Source of the DNA: a virus
Taxonomy: Duplodnaviria > Caudoviricetes
Virus record (IMG/VR): IMGVR_UViG_3300030207_004217
Span: 1 to 64,000 of that record
DNA length: 64,000 nt
Direction: 5' to 3' (one strand)
The notes beneath the pieces were generated by a model that did no database searches, was not told the DNA's origin, and saw only the letters and a program-made list of their open reading frames with translations. A program made the position numbers and the translations under genes. Within the stretch, counting starts at the first letter, position 1; every line of letters begins with the position of its first letter. Shown piece by piece: positions 7,414-17,273 of this stretch.

Positions 7414-7731
7414 TCATTTAATTAGCCTCTTTGCTAAGTGAGTAGATGATATATTATATTCCTCCGAATCAGCAAGGTTCTTTGCCACAGAGTAGAATGT
7501 GTATGTGTCTTGGGGGTCAGCAGGGCGACCGTAGCTATTCTCCTCTTCCAGAATCTCAAGCATCTTAGATAACTGATACTTGGTTAATGTTACATTAACA
7601 GCAATTTCTTTTTTCTTCGGTTCCCCGTAGGTTACTGTTATCTTATCTACTACTGGAGTTTCTTTTGTTACGGCAAAGGCTAATCCAATTACCAGAACTC
7701 CGATTATCATTATTAATACTTTTTCTTTCAT
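7414..7731 (-). CDS. Membrane-anchored hypothetical protein
   Basis: N-terminal hydrophobic segment. Confidence 0.7.
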   Translation of the reverse strand: MKEKVLIMIIGVLVIGLAFAVTKETPVVDKITVTYGEPKKKEIAVNVTLTKYQLSKMLEILEEENSYGRPADPQDTYTFYSVAKNLADSEEYNISSTHLAKRLIK

Positions 7732-8246
7732 TAGTCTACAAGCAGTTCAAATATTTGAGCGTCAGTGAATTTCTCTGGGTGTTCAGAAGCTTCAATTAAA
7801 TTTTGTTCTTTTGAAGCTAACTCTCTCCTCATTTCATTTATGCTAGAGGAATCAGCAACTAATTCTCCTGTTTTTATCTCATATACGAACAGGTCATCAT
7901 GGAATCTAGAATACTCTAAAATATAATCTATTGCTTGTTCAATGCTCTCTGCTCTCTCTAGCACCTCATCGTCATAGCTATTCTGTATTCTGATCTCATA
8001 CTTGAATGTAACCATAGTCAAATCTACATCTGGCATTTCCACAGGTATCGGAATTGACTTCCGTGACGGATTTAGTTCTTCATGTAACCTTATAGGTATG
8101 GTTTCTATTGGTGTTTTTACTGGTTCTGTTATAATACTCTCTGAGTTCTTGTCAATAAAGTGAACAGCAACCATCATCAAACAGTAAATTATTAAACCGA
8201 AGGCTACGCCTACTCCCAAGGCTTGGATGAAATCTTTTTTATTCAT
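7731..8246 (-). CDS. Membrane-anchored hypothetical protein
   Basis: N-terminal TM segment; TAATG coupling to the next gene. Confidence 0.7.
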   Translation of the reverse strand: MNKKDFIQALGVGVAFGLIIYCLMMVAVHFIDKNSESIITEPVKTPIETIPIRLHEELNPSRKSIPIPVEMPDVDLTMVTFKYEIRIQNSYDDEVLERAESIEQAIDYILEYSRFHDDLFVYEIKTGELVADSSSINEMRRELASKEQNLIEASEHPEKFTDAQIFELLVD

Positions 8247-8399
8247 TTTAATTACTTTTTAATTGGTCAATTTCCTCTTGTCGAGAATCTGGTTGATTGA
8301 AATGTAATGTGTTGCACTTAACACAATACTTCTTTTTTGCTTTTTCGTGAATGTAATCTTCCTCACACTCACAGTCCCAATAGTTTTCGTTTGTCTCTA

Positions 8400-8780
8400 T
8401 CATTTAATGCTCCCCCTCTCATCTTCGACTTCATTCCATGTGAAAATCTCGGTGTCCAGTGTATCGTATTGCGCTATAAACTCAACGTATTTCTTTTTTG
8501 CCTCGTCGTAAGTGTTATAAATAAAACCTTCGATATACTCCTCGGTCACAGGATCATTATCTAAAGTAACAATATCTTCTCTTACGTCTACAGTGAACTC
8601 TCCCTCTATATCTCCATACCTCAAGTGGACTTCGTATTGTGTTTTTGTTTCTTTGTGTTTACCCATAGCCTTTTGGTGCAAGGTTTCTCTTTGTTCTGGT
8701 GTTGCTTCTGGTAATCCTGTCTTGCTATCAGACCAGTCTTTCCATGCTTTTACTTCTTGTTTTGTGTATCCTTTACTCAT
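8400..8780 (-). CDS. Hypothetical protein
   Basis: ATGA-coupled ORF. Confidence 0.65.
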   Translation of the reverse strand: MSKGYTKQEVKAWKDWSDSKTGLPEATPEQRETLHQKAMGKHKETKTQYEVHLRYGDIEGEFTVDVREDIVTLDNDPVTEEYIEGFIYNTYDEAKKKYVEFIAQYDTLDTEIFTWNEVEDERGSIK

Positions 8781-9010
8781 ATGCCTTGAACCTTAGATTC
8801 TTTATAGTATTTTTCTAGAGTGGCAATCCTGTCATCAGCGGAAGTCAAAGCTTCTAAAGCTTCGTTTGCATTATCGTAAAAGTCACTGGTCGAGTGATCT
8901 CCGATACCTGCGGGGTGATTAGACATTAACTCTAGCGTAAGAAAAGCTTTCTGTCTTTCTGCCAAGGCTTGAGTATGAAGCATATCATACATTAATTTAG
9001 TTATTTTCAT
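8777..9010 (-). CDS. Conserved phage hypothetical protein
   Basis: NHPAGIGDHST motif; ATGA overlaps on both sides. Confidence 0.7.
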   Translation of the reverse strand: MKITKLMYDMLHTQALAERQKAFLTLELMSNHPAGIGDHSTSDFYDNANEALEALTSADDRIATLEKYYKESKVQGI

Positions 9011-9480
9011 TTTACCTTCTGGTTAAACCATGCAGGAGTTTTTCTAGTTTTCCAAGTAGCGAACCCTGCCTTCTCGCCATTGTAGTAAGCACGATATGCT
9101 GTAACAGCACAATCGTTTTTGTATTCTTCTGGCATAGCCTGAGCAAATGGTGTCAGACCAGTGCGTGGAAGAGATAGCTTGTGATAGTTCTTGCCACACC
9201 ATTCGATAGCGTAGATGGACTTGTGGACTTTGCCGTAGCGTCTGGTATACTCCTGACACATAGCGTAGGCATGATTGAGTAACCACTCATAGTTTTGCTC
9301 TGTCTCTCTAGCCCAGATGGTGCATGGGTGATTGTAAAAAGCTCTTTTGTATGGTGCGGTTCCGTTGTCATAGACTGCACAAAGCATTTGCGCTGATTCT
9401 AATATCATCTTGACAACGTGCTTGTCACACAATTGTTGAGCGGAGATTTTGGGGTCTTTGTCTACTGCAAATATATTCAT
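9007..9480 (-). CDS. Pyrimidine-dimer DNA glycosylase / endonuclease V-like protein
   Basis: MNIF..D.DP..SAQ.LCDKHVVKMILESAQML, NHPCTIW, EYT.RYGK.HKS, AQAMP..YK motifs. Confidence 0.8.
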   Translation of the reverse strand: MNIFAVDKDPKISAQQLCDKHVVKMILESAQMLCAVYDNGTAPYKRAFYNHPCTIWARETEQNYEWLLNHAYAMCQEYTRRYGKVHKSIYAIEWCGKNYHKLSLPRTGLTPFAQAMPEEYKNDCAVTAYRAYYNGEKAGFATWKTRKTPAWFNQKVK

Positions 9481-9650
9481 GATTCTTTTACTGCATAAGT
9501 TACTGCATCAGGAAATAACTTTATATCTTCTTTGGCTATCTCTACTAACTTACCTGTCTCAGTATACAACTCAGGATCACCGAAGTCAAGTGTTTGAGTC
9601 GAGCCACACAACTCTCCCTGCTTGTCAAAAAATTCAATCTCGTAACTCAT
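9477..9650 (-). CDS. Hypothetical protein
   Basis: MSYEIEF...; ATGA-coupled. Confidence 0.55.
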   Translation of the reverse strand: MSYEIEFFDKQGELCGSTQTLDFGDPELYTETGKLVEIAKEDIKLFPDAVTYAVKES

Positions 9651-10036
9651 AAAATTGATCCTTCTCCGTTGCAGGTCTTGCACTCAGGGTTGATAGGCCA
9701 TGCGCCGAACTCACGTTCGTTGCCCCACTCATCCACTTGCGGATGGTCGTGGCAATCCTCACAACCGTGAGTATCGTTCCAAATCTCTTTTGCTTCCTTC
9801 TCCACTAACTCAAGTGCCTTCCAGAAACAATCAATTTCAAATGGATAATTAAGTTCATGTGTCTCAGTTCCCCAATCGCATCCTTCAACAATCGAGCCTA
9901 CTCTTACTCCCTGATCCTCTTCTGCTATCCAAGCTCCACAAGAAGTATACTTATAGGTTGACCGTTTTACTTGAGAGAAGTCTTCTTCTCCACATTTTCT
10001 TGCGACAAGGAAGTCTTGCATATTGTTTACTGTCAT
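9647..10036 (-). CDS. Hypothetical protein with C-terminal CxxC...CxxC
   Basis: CEDC and CKTCNGEG motifs. Confidence 0.7.
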   Translation of the reverse strand: MTVNNMQDFLVARKCGEEDFSQVKRSTYKYTSCGAWIAEEDQGVRVGSIVEGCDWGTETHELNYPFEIDCFWKALELVEKEAKEIWNDTHGCEDCHDHPQVDEWGNEREFGAWPINPECKTCNGEGSIL

Positions 10037-10067
10037 ATCGGTAATTTAAATTAATTTTAATTCCAAG

Positions 10068-10310
10068 TCAAGAGGAAATATCCTCAATATCCATCATTTC
10101 TTTGTCATACATCATGATAAATCCCTCACCATTGCACTGGACTCCCATGACATTGTAATCAACCCATTCAACTGCTTCGTCTAAAGTCATGCCTTGTTTC
10201 TCAAATATAGAAACAACTTTTTTATAATCGTAGATTATCTTACCACAGTCTGATGCTCCTGCAATCGCATCATCTAAACCGTGTAGATATAAAGCACCAG
10301 AAATTAACAT
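10068..10310 (-). CDS. Conserved phage hypothetical protein
   Basis: GLDDAIAG...IYDY...GMT.DEA.EW.DYNV.G pattern. Confidence 0.7.
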   Translation of the reverse strand: MLISGALYLHGLDDAIAGASDCGKIIYDYKKVVSIFEKQGMTLDEAVEWVDYNVMGVQCNGEGFIMMYDKEMMDIEDISS

Positions 10311-10312
10311 GA

Positions 10313-10531
10313 TTAAATAACTAAGAGAAAATCTTTTTTTATCTGCTCAATCAGATCATCTCTCTCCCACTTTACATTCATATCTTTCAACTGATCTAAC
10401 TGACCAATTATAAGTTGCCTTTTAGCCACATTTTTGATTTGGGGCATATACTTAGCAACATTAATAACTTTGTTGTTTTTCTTTGGTCTTCCTCCCTTTT
10501 TAGCTCCCTTGCTTGTTTTAAGTGACTTCAT
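10313..10531 (-). CDS. Hypothetical basic protein
   Basis: KKGGRPKK AT-hook-like segment. Confidence 0.6.
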   Translation of the reverse strand: MKSLKTSKGAKKGGRPKKNNKVINVAKYMPQIKNVAKRQLIIGQLDQLKDMNVKWERDDLIEQIKKDFLLVI

Positions 10532-10532
10532 G

Positions 10533-10733
10533 TTACTTTGGGTATACTTGTTTCATATCACCGTCCTCGTAGACCTCAAAGACTTTGCCATGAGACTGCT
10601 CGGCATTCATGAGTGCCATCTCCATCGCAGTCGTGCGGTGAGAGAGAGGAGGATCAGCAAGCTTGGTGGAGTATCCACCCATCCAACGATCCTTCTTGTC
10701 GAATACAACGTAACTAGTTACTTTCTTTTTCAT
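10533..10733 (-). CDS. Hypothetical protein
   Basis: Tightly packed ORF. Confidence 0.6.
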   Translation of the reverse strand: MKKKVTSYVVFDKKDRWMGGYSTKLADPPLSHRTTAMEMALMNAEQSHGKVFEVYEDGDMKQVYPK

Positions 10734-10956
10734 TTTGAACAAGTTTAAAATTTAATTCATGTGCCTCTAGTGAATGCAACTCAAGGTTTTCTGGTGTTCT
10801 TTTAGATGGGGTTAGATTCTTCCAAATGTCTTGTTTGAAAACTTCTCCATTTTCATTGCTTACGAGAATAACGAGATCGCCTGTTTCTTCTTCTACTTCT
10901 GCTTTGAGTCTCCACCCATTCAACAGAACAAAATTAATCCATCTATCTTCTATCAT
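10714..10956 (-). CDS. Hypothetical protein
   Basis: Starts immediately after the previous stop. Confidence 0.6.
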   Translation of the reverse strand: MIEDRWINFVLLNGWRLKAEVEEETGDLVILVSNENGEVFKQDIWKNLTPSKRTPENLELHSLEAHELNFKLVQNEKESN

Positions 10957-11175
10957 CTAATCGCTGAGTTTTACTTCTACTGTATCGGTTCCTGCTGTTG
11001 GTTTAACCGAAGATTTCATTTGATTAGCTTCCTGCTCAATAATCAGGATGTTCATTTTTTCTAGCCATACCCTGCTGACAGGGATGTGCTGTTTCGAGCC
11101 AAAGTATTCGTTCAGTGTCTCCATGTCAATGTTTACGAACGACTTTGCTCCTTTTGGTCTGCCTCTTGTAGCCAT
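10957..11175 (-). CDS. Hypothetical protein with AT-hook-like RGRPKG
   Basis: MATRGRPKGAKSF; preceded by a TTGACC...TATAGT promoter near 11208-11235. Confidence 0.7.
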   Translation of the reverse strand: MATRGRPKGAKSFVNIDMETLNEYFGSKQHIPVSRVWLEKMNILIIEQEANQMKSSVKPTAGTDTVEVKLSD

Positions 11176-11255
11176 ATCTTTTTTTTTGTTTTGGTTAGTA
11201 TGATGTTACTATATCAGATATACTGATTTGGTCAAGAATTTTTTTGATTAAAAAT

Positions 11256-11561
11256 TCAATTTTTATAGAATTCTCTATATTGTTCTTTTATAAATGGGGT
11301 TAGAATATTTTCATATGCCCTGACTAGTGCCTCCTCCAGTTCTCCTTGCACATCCTCTAGGATGTAGCCTAGACCTGAGATAGAGAGCATGGCATGAAAC
11401 CCTTCATGAATGATTGTGTCCAAAAGAACTTCGCCTTTAATTTTATTAGATATACAAATCTTCTTTGCATCGGCATCGAATTCACCATATTCTTTCATTT
11501 GTTTATAGACTATGGCAAACTTCTGACCTGCTATGGTCACCTCTTTTGGTTTGTAACTCAT
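11256..11561 (-). CDS. Small HExxH metallopeptidase-like phage protein
   Basis: DTIIHEGFHA...EEALV. Confidence 0.65.
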   Translation of the reverse strand: MSYKPKEVTIAGQKFAIVYKQMKEYGEFDADAKKICISNKIKGEVLLDTIIHEGFHAMLSISGLGYILEDVQGELEEALVRAYENILTPFIKEQYREFYKN

Positions 11562-11569
11562 GTTAGATT

Positions 11570-12508
11570 TTATGTGAGTTGTCTGGCAAGATCAAGACCT
11601 TTTTTGGTCAGTTCTCGTTTAGTGTCGATTTTGAGCAAACGCTTCTTGACAAGCATTGCTTCATAGTCTTTCTGGATTGCTCCACGTTGCATACCAGTGA
11701 CAGAAGCGATGCCAGTGAGTGTCATAGCTCCACGTTCACCAAGTGCCTTCACTATAGCAATCTCTGAAGCTGTCAAGCCGAATTGCTTGACTCCCATCGC
11801 ATCGCAAAACTCTCCCCAAATTTCTTTGGTTACCTTCTTGACATCTCTAGCAGAAACGTAGATTTTTAAATCTTCTGCTTTGACAACGGCATCTCTTGGG
11901 TTGCCTCGAAAAGAAGAAACGATATCTTCTTTTGCGCTATTGTCGATATCCGCATGATATTCAAGATTGTCGTGGAAGATATCATAAAGTTCATTATCTT
12001 TATATTCCTCGAAAGCGACATCCCTAAGACGATCTCTGAGAGGTTCAGCCAATTTCTGTTGGTCTGTAGTCGCCATGCAGAAAGTAAGCTTTCTAAAATC
12101 AAAGGTGTATGGAACTCCTTCATGCTCGACAGTCCTCACAGGATTCTTATCCACGTTAAGAACAGAAAGAAAAATCTGCTGTAAGTCGTTAGGAAGATTA
12201 TGTCCCTCGTCAATAAACAGAAATGCATTGTGCTGTATCCAGACAGGATAGACCTGCTCAAAGAAGCTCCCTGCATTCTTGATAGTCTTACCATTGACTT
12301 CTAGCATAGGAGGCTTAGTGCCATCTGATCTACGCAATGCCTCTCTAAAGAGACGAGCAAAGAAGGTCTTACCTCCACCTTTGCCAGTCGTAAGGTTAAT
12401 AAATGGCAAGCGGTCAGTTTTCTTGTAAGCATCTATATAGATACTCAAAGTCCGTTTCACTGACTCTTGCCCGATTGCGTCATCGAATATGTCATTTATC
12501 GTTGGCAT
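11570..12508 (-). CDS. ruvB: RuvB-like AAA+ ATPase
   Basis: FDDAIGQE, Walker A GKGGGKT, Walker B FIDEGH, ATT...PLRDR, RGNPR and a C-terminal winged helix matching RuvB. Confidence 0.75.
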   Translation of the reverse strand: MPTINDIFDDAIGQESVKRTLSIYIDAYKKTDRLPFINLTTGKGGGKTFFARLFREALRRSDGTKPPMLEVNGKTIKNAGSFFEQVYPVWIQHNAFLFIDEGHNLPNDLQQIFLSVLNVDKNPVRTVEHEGVPYTFDFRKLTFCMATTDQQKLAEPLRDRLRDVAFEEYKDNELYDIFHDNLEYHADIDNSAKEDIVSSFRGNPRDAVVKAEDLKIYVSARDVKKVTKEIWGEFCDAMGVKQFGLTASEIAIVKALGERGAMTLTGIASVTGMQRGAIQKDYEAMLVKKRLLKIDTKRELTKKGLDLARQLT

Positions 12509-12514
12509 GGGAGT

Positions 12515-12596
12515 AATATATCAGGAATAAATATAGAGTCAACCCCTTTTTTAAGAAAAAAAAATCCATTGACTTTCAGTGCTTTATGCATATAAT
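12515..12596. promoter_or_regulatory. Divergent pair of sigma70-type leaderless promoters
   Basis: Minus: TTGACT-16-TATATT (12542-12515), ATG 6 nt later. Plus: TTGACT-16-TATAAT (12569-12596), ATG 7 nt later. Confidence 0.75.
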
Positions 12597-12603
12597 AACC
12601 CAC

Positions 12604-12840
12604 ATGAGTAAATATCAATATTTTATGGGGAGACTGGTCATCGCACTTTGTTGCATTATAATAGGTATACCTCTTGGTGTTCTTATGGCTACATTGTTTT
12701 TCCTCAGAGTCCTAATTTTCTTCCCATTTAATATGTATACAACAGCAGTTGACAAATGGGAGAGAAGAGTGAAAATAGAGCAAGCAGATATCTGGACAAG
12801 GCACGTTGCCAGAATGCAAGAAAAACAAAATCAAAATTAA
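12604..12840 (+). CDS. Membrane hypothetical protein
   Basis: Long hydrophobic segment. Confidence 0.65.
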   Translation: MSKYQYFMGRLVIALCCIIIGIPLGVLMATLFFLRVLIFFPFNMYTTAVDKWERRVKIEQADIWTRHVARMQEKQNQN

Positions 12841-13217
12841 TGAATACAGAAGAGTTACTCAGGCTACATGATGAGACTTGCCAAAAATGCAAGTTAATAA
12901 TGAAACAAAAAAATAGTGATTACACTGGAGGAAAGAATGCCACAGATATATTCGCTAATTTTAATTCTTCTACTATCTTAGATATTCACCCAGTTCAAGG
13001 TCTTCTATTGCGCTTAATTGACAAAGTTCAAAGGATTCGTTCTTTTACTAATGACAAACAATTACAAGTTTCAAATGAGTCGGTTGACGATGCTTGTGAG
13101 GATATTATAAATTATGCGATTCTAGCAAAAGCAATGCTAATCGAAGAAAGAAAAAAGATCGAACAAAATTTAGAAAAGGAAAAACAAGAAAAAATTTATT
13201 CTATTTTGCCAGATTAG
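12840..13217 (+). CDS. DUF1599 / nucleotide-modification-associated domain (MazG-like helical) protein
   Basis: KNSDY...FANF...LLRLIDKVQRI...ESVDDACEDIINYAIL. Confidence 0.7.
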   Translation: MNTEELLRLHDETCQKCKLIMKQKNSDYTGGKNATDIFANFNSSTILDIHPVQGLLLRLIDKVQRIRSFTNDKQLQVSNESVDDACEDIINYAILAKAMLIEERKKIEQNLEKEKQEKIYSILPD

Positions 13218-13293
13218 TCATTTATTTGGCATTTTTTTGTTCATCCTAGCATCTTTCTATATTTGGCTCTTTCGCCTTCATCCTAGCGTCTTT

Positions 13294-13539
13294 ATGGAAA
13301 TAAAAGAAATATTAGCTAATTGTTCTGTATTGCAGAATGGTTCTTATTATTTGGGTTGTATTCACCCAAACTTTAGAGATCCTGTAGTTGAAAAAGTCAA
13401 CTTTCTGAAAGATAATGGTTATGAGTTTAAGTTAAAAGAAATAAGTATTTTTGGTGAAGAAACTTTTTTCTGCGATAAACTGAACTTAAGTTATCAAACA
13501 GATTATAACGGAGACTCAACTCTCCATTACACAGGATGA
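13294..13539 (+). CDS. Hypothetical protein
   Basis: MEIKEIL...; ATGA-coupled to ppa. Confidence 0.55.
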   Translation: MEIKEILANCSVLQNGSYYLGCIHPNFRDPVVEKVNFLKDNGYEFKLKEISIFGEETFFCDKLNLSYQTDYNGDSTLHYTG

Positions 13540-14117
13540 ATTTAGTAGATGATATACCTCCAACAACAGACGATTTTGAACATGTAAATTGTATTATTGA
13601 AATCCCCAAAGGGACGAATACAAAATACGAATATGATGAGAAATTAAATATATTTAAATTAGACAGATGCTTGGTGTCATCCCTACAATACCCTATTAAT
13701 TATGGGTTTATTCCACAAACCATTGCGCTTGATGGCGACCCTTTAGATGTGTTGGTATTTAACCATGACCCTATTGATAGAGGAGTTCTGGTTTCTTGTA
13801 GAGTATTGGGCGTTCTTGGATTTATAGATGGTGGTAAGATAGATAATAAACTTATTGCTGTCCCAGATTGGTCACCAAGAGAAAAATATAAAACATTATC
13901 TGATATTGAACCAGAACATCTTAAAATTTTTAGAGAGTTTTTTAAGATATACAAAATTGACAGAAATTCTGAAACAACAGTGGGTAAATGGGTGGGCAAG
14001 CAAAAAGCTGATGTAGCTTTAAGAGATGCTCACAAGAGATGGAGAGAAAAAGGTGGGGACGAAAAAATGTATTGGGATTGGATGGAAAAGATAAAAAAAT
14101 CAAAAAACAATTATTAA
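13536..14117 (+). CDS. ppa: Family I inorganic pyrophosphatase
   Basis: IEIPKG..KYEYD, YP.NYGFIPQT, DGDPLDVLV, D.KLIAVP, FF..YK. Confidence 0.95.
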   Translation: MNLVDDIPPTTDDFEHVNCIIEIPKGTNTKYEYDEKLNIFKLDRCLVSSLQYPINYGFIPQTIALDGDPLDVLVFNHDPIDRGVLVSCRVLGVLGFIDGGKIDNKLIAVPDWSPREKYKTLSDIEPEHLKIFREFFKIYKIDRNSETTVGKWVGKQKADVALRDAHKRWREKGGDEKMYWDWMEKIKKSKNNY

Positions 14118-14120
14118 TTT

Positions 14121-14783
14121 ATGAAAAAATTCGGAATAAGAACAACAGGTTTAGAATATGCATTTGAGTCAACACTCTCAAATTACATTTTGTCACGGCC
14201 CAACGGGGAAAACTTTACATTTTTAGAAGTTGGTTCTGCTGGTTGTGTGTCTATGAAATCTTTTTATGAGATCATTAAAAACACAATTAGACACAAGGAC
14301 TGGTCTATTAGAGGGTTAGATCTATGCGAAGGTTGGAGTCTTGACTGGGATCAGATTAATTCTTTTGAAGGTTTAACAATTTTTAAAGAAAAAGAATGCA
14401 TAAAAGAAGGTAGTAATCATTCGATTTTAAATTTAACAGATAGCCCTAGAGAATGGATAGATGAAACTTTCTCAGAAAAATCAATTGACATTTGTTTTAT
14501 TGATGGATGTCACGGATCAAAATGTGTTTACAAAGACTTTAAAGCTGTAGAGTCGAAAATAAAAAGTGGAGGTATTGTGATGTTTCACGATTCTGGAATG
14601 GATGAGATGGGGACTGACTGGCAAGCTTGCTGTAGTGAATTTATTAATGTTAGAAAAGGCATCCATGATGCGGGGTTGTTGAACGCAAATGAAAATACCG
14701 ATTGGCAACCTTTAGCCGACATTGTTGGCAGCAGGGTTCATGGCTTAGATGGTAATGGTTTGTTTATTACCCAAAAAAGGTGA
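14121..14783 (+). CDS. Class I SAM-dependent methyltransferase (Methyltransf_24-like)
   Basis: FLEVGSAG, IDICFIDGCH, GGIVMFHD. Confidence 0.8.
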   Translation: MKKFGIRTTGLEYAFESTLSNYILSRPNGENFTFLEVGSAGCVSMKSFYEIIKNTIRHKDWSIRGLDLCEGWSLDWDQINSFEGLTIFKEKECIKEGSNHSILNLTDSPREWIDETFSEKSIDICFIDGCHGSKCVYKDFKAVESKIKSGGIVMFHDSGMDEMGTDWQACCSEFINVRKGIHDAGLLNANENTDWQPLADIVGSRVHGLDGNGLFITQKR

Positions 14784-14941
14784 ATCTTGATTTAATCACT
14801 AAATATGTTCCCTTAATTGCAGGAATAATGTATGCTCTTGTAGGAACAGCTTATATTATGAAAAAAGATATAGGTTGGGCTATTATTTGGCTGTCATACG
14901 CTACAGCTAATTTTGGATTAATGGTAGTGGGAAACCAATGA
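14780..14941 (+). CDS. Small two-TM membrane protein (53 aa, not in the ORF track)
   Basis: GTGA/ATGA overlaps on both sides; VPLIAGIMYALVGTAYI...GWAIIWLSYATANFGL. Confidence 0.6.
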   Translation: MNLDLITKYVPLIAGIMYALVGTAYIMKKDIGWAIIWLSYATANFGLMVVGNQ

Positions 14942-15267
14942 AATATAACATTAAAAACATAGAAGGAGAGGTTGTCAAAGACAATGATACTTATTTGCTT
15001 AGAGATAATAAAACTTTAAACAACCTTATATTAAGTAGCACCCGATTAAAACCTAAAAAAGAAACAAGAGGTCATAGTCATGAGGGTAAGGAAGAAGTAT
15101 ATTACTTTATAGAAGGAGAAGGTATCATGGTTCTACGTTACGATAAATTTGAAGTAAAGGCAGGAGATGTAGTATTGATTCCTGATGGGGCATTTCATCA
15201 AGTCCAGAACCCAACAGAAGAAGATTTATATTTTGTTTGTGTATTTGAAGGTAGTAGGGATCATTAA
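14938..15267 (+). CDS. Cupin-domain protein
   Basis: GHSHEGKEEVYYF..GEG...GDVVLIPDGAFHQV. Confidence 0.85.
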   Translation: MKYNIKNIEGEVVKDNDTYLLRDNKTLNNLILSSTRLKPKKETRGHSHEGKEEVYYFIEGEGIMVLRYDKFEVKAGDVVLIPDGAFHQVQNPTEEDLYFVCVFEGSRDH

Positions 15268-15269
15268 AG

Positions 15270-16241
15270 ATGAAAAAAATTATCATACCTCTTAAGGAGC
15301 AAGTAGAGGCAGAAGTTATTGATGGTGACTGGACTGGTTATTTTGAAAAGATACAAAACAAACTAAATAAATCTGGTAGTAGGCAGAGAAGTGGAACAAT
15401 TGTGCTTACTGATTCTTACCCTTTAAACAGAACTTTTAACATAGGTAGCCACGTTGAACTAAATGGTGAATTTAAAGCTAAACATCATATTGGCAGTAGT
15501 TGTGGTTTTTATGCTACTGAAAATTTTGATGGAGATTGGGTTTTAAAGTGGAATAAATCTAACTCAAGATCTTATTACAGTAATTTTGGGGCGGGGATCA
15601 ATCAAATCCATGTCCAAAGCAAAAATGGTTTAAATGGTGTTTATTTTCGTGGGGCGCAACAATCTGCGGGAATATACAATTTAATTGTTCGTGGTTTTGG
15701 GGAAAACTCTATAGGTGTTAGGTTAGGGGGGGATACATATGCAGTTAGGGATGTTTTTAGTGATGCTGCTGTAGGTGGTGATGACTCGTTTGCGAGAGCA
15801 GGATCTACTGGCTTTGAGCTTGGCGAAAAAAGGGTTTTATCTATTCGTTTAGAAAATATAACCTCTCATAACTGCGAGTATGGTGTTGTTTGGGGTGACG
15901 CGCATCAAGTAACAATTGAAAACTACGAGTCAGAATTAACTACAATTCCTCTAGTATGCACTTATAATCCTCGCGGGATTAATATCCGTAATATATGCCC
16001 CCGTCACACAAAAAACCTTCTTAATTTAGATAAAGTGCGTTGGTGGCATAACTGTCTAATCAAGATAGATGGACAAATGTCAGACAACAAAGGAGGTTTA
16101 ATAAAACTACCCACAGGGGAGACTTTCAAAGCTTCAAGCACATTTGATCTGGTGATTGAAGCAGATAAAACTGGAATGAATATTACTAATATGCGTGAAA
16201 TGCGTGAGTTTTATCGCAAGTCTCAAAACAAAAATGGATAA
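15270..16241 (+). CDS. Pectate-lyase-like beta-helix protein
   Basis: N-terminal D.T..F...GTIVL...Y segment followed by repeated beta-rungs rich in N/G. Confidence 0.5.
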   Translation: MKKIIIPLKEQVEAEVIDGDWTGYFEKIQNKLNKSGSRQRSGTIVLTDSYPLNRTFNIGSHVELNGEFKAKHHIGSSCGFYATENFDGDWVLKWNKSNSRSYYSNFGAGINQIHVQSKNGLNGVYFRGAQQSAGIYNLIVRGFGENSIGVRLGGDTYAVRDVFSDAAVGGDDSFARAGSTGFELGEKRVLSIRLENITSHNCEYGVVWGDAHQVTIENYESELTTIPLVCTYNPRGINIRNICPRHTKNLLNLDKVRWWHNCLIKIDGQMSDNKGGLIKLPTGETFKASSTFDLVIEADKTGMNITNMREMREFYRKSQNKNG

Positions 16242-16375
16242 CTCTACTTTATTCCTCTCCCTTGCATTTATTTTCGGAAGTATAACATTATACTCTATAG
16301 GCGCTTTTTTATTAATTTTAAATGCCTATAACCAAGAGAGTTTACGATTAGACATTTATTTGTGTAAAAATAAAT

Positions 16376-16701
16376 GTGAGTTTAATAGTAGTATCTGATT
16401 TAACTTTAAACGAGGGATTATATTTCAGGTATTTATCTATGACTGCCAACTCTTATTTGGAGATGGATGTCTTAGTAGAAGCCCAGAAAGATCAAAGGGA
16501 TTATTACTATAAAACCTTAAAGAAAAAAGGTTACTACGATTGTGTATCTGATATTATTTGCCCCGAAGACAGAGAAGCTGGGATTAGAATAGATACAGAA
16601 TATAATTACCCATTAACTGTTGTAACAGATTCCATTTGTTGCACTAATGCAATGTCTTTAATAATGCAAGTTAAAGCATTAGTTTATATTGAAGACAGTA
16701 T

Positions 16702-16705
<4 letters not shown>
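16376..16705 (+). CDS. Hypothetical protein
   Basis: GTG start preceded by GTGTAA at 16362. Confidence 0.55.
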
Positions 16706-17232
<527 letters not shown>

Positions 17233-17273
17233 GACAAATTATATCTTTTATTGTTAATAATATCTACACATAG

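Noticed and set aside
13240-13293. 17-bp direct repeat TTCATCCTAGC(A/G)TCTTT, two copies
   Set aside because: Only two copies in a short intergenic gap and not seen elsewhere; too little to assign a function.
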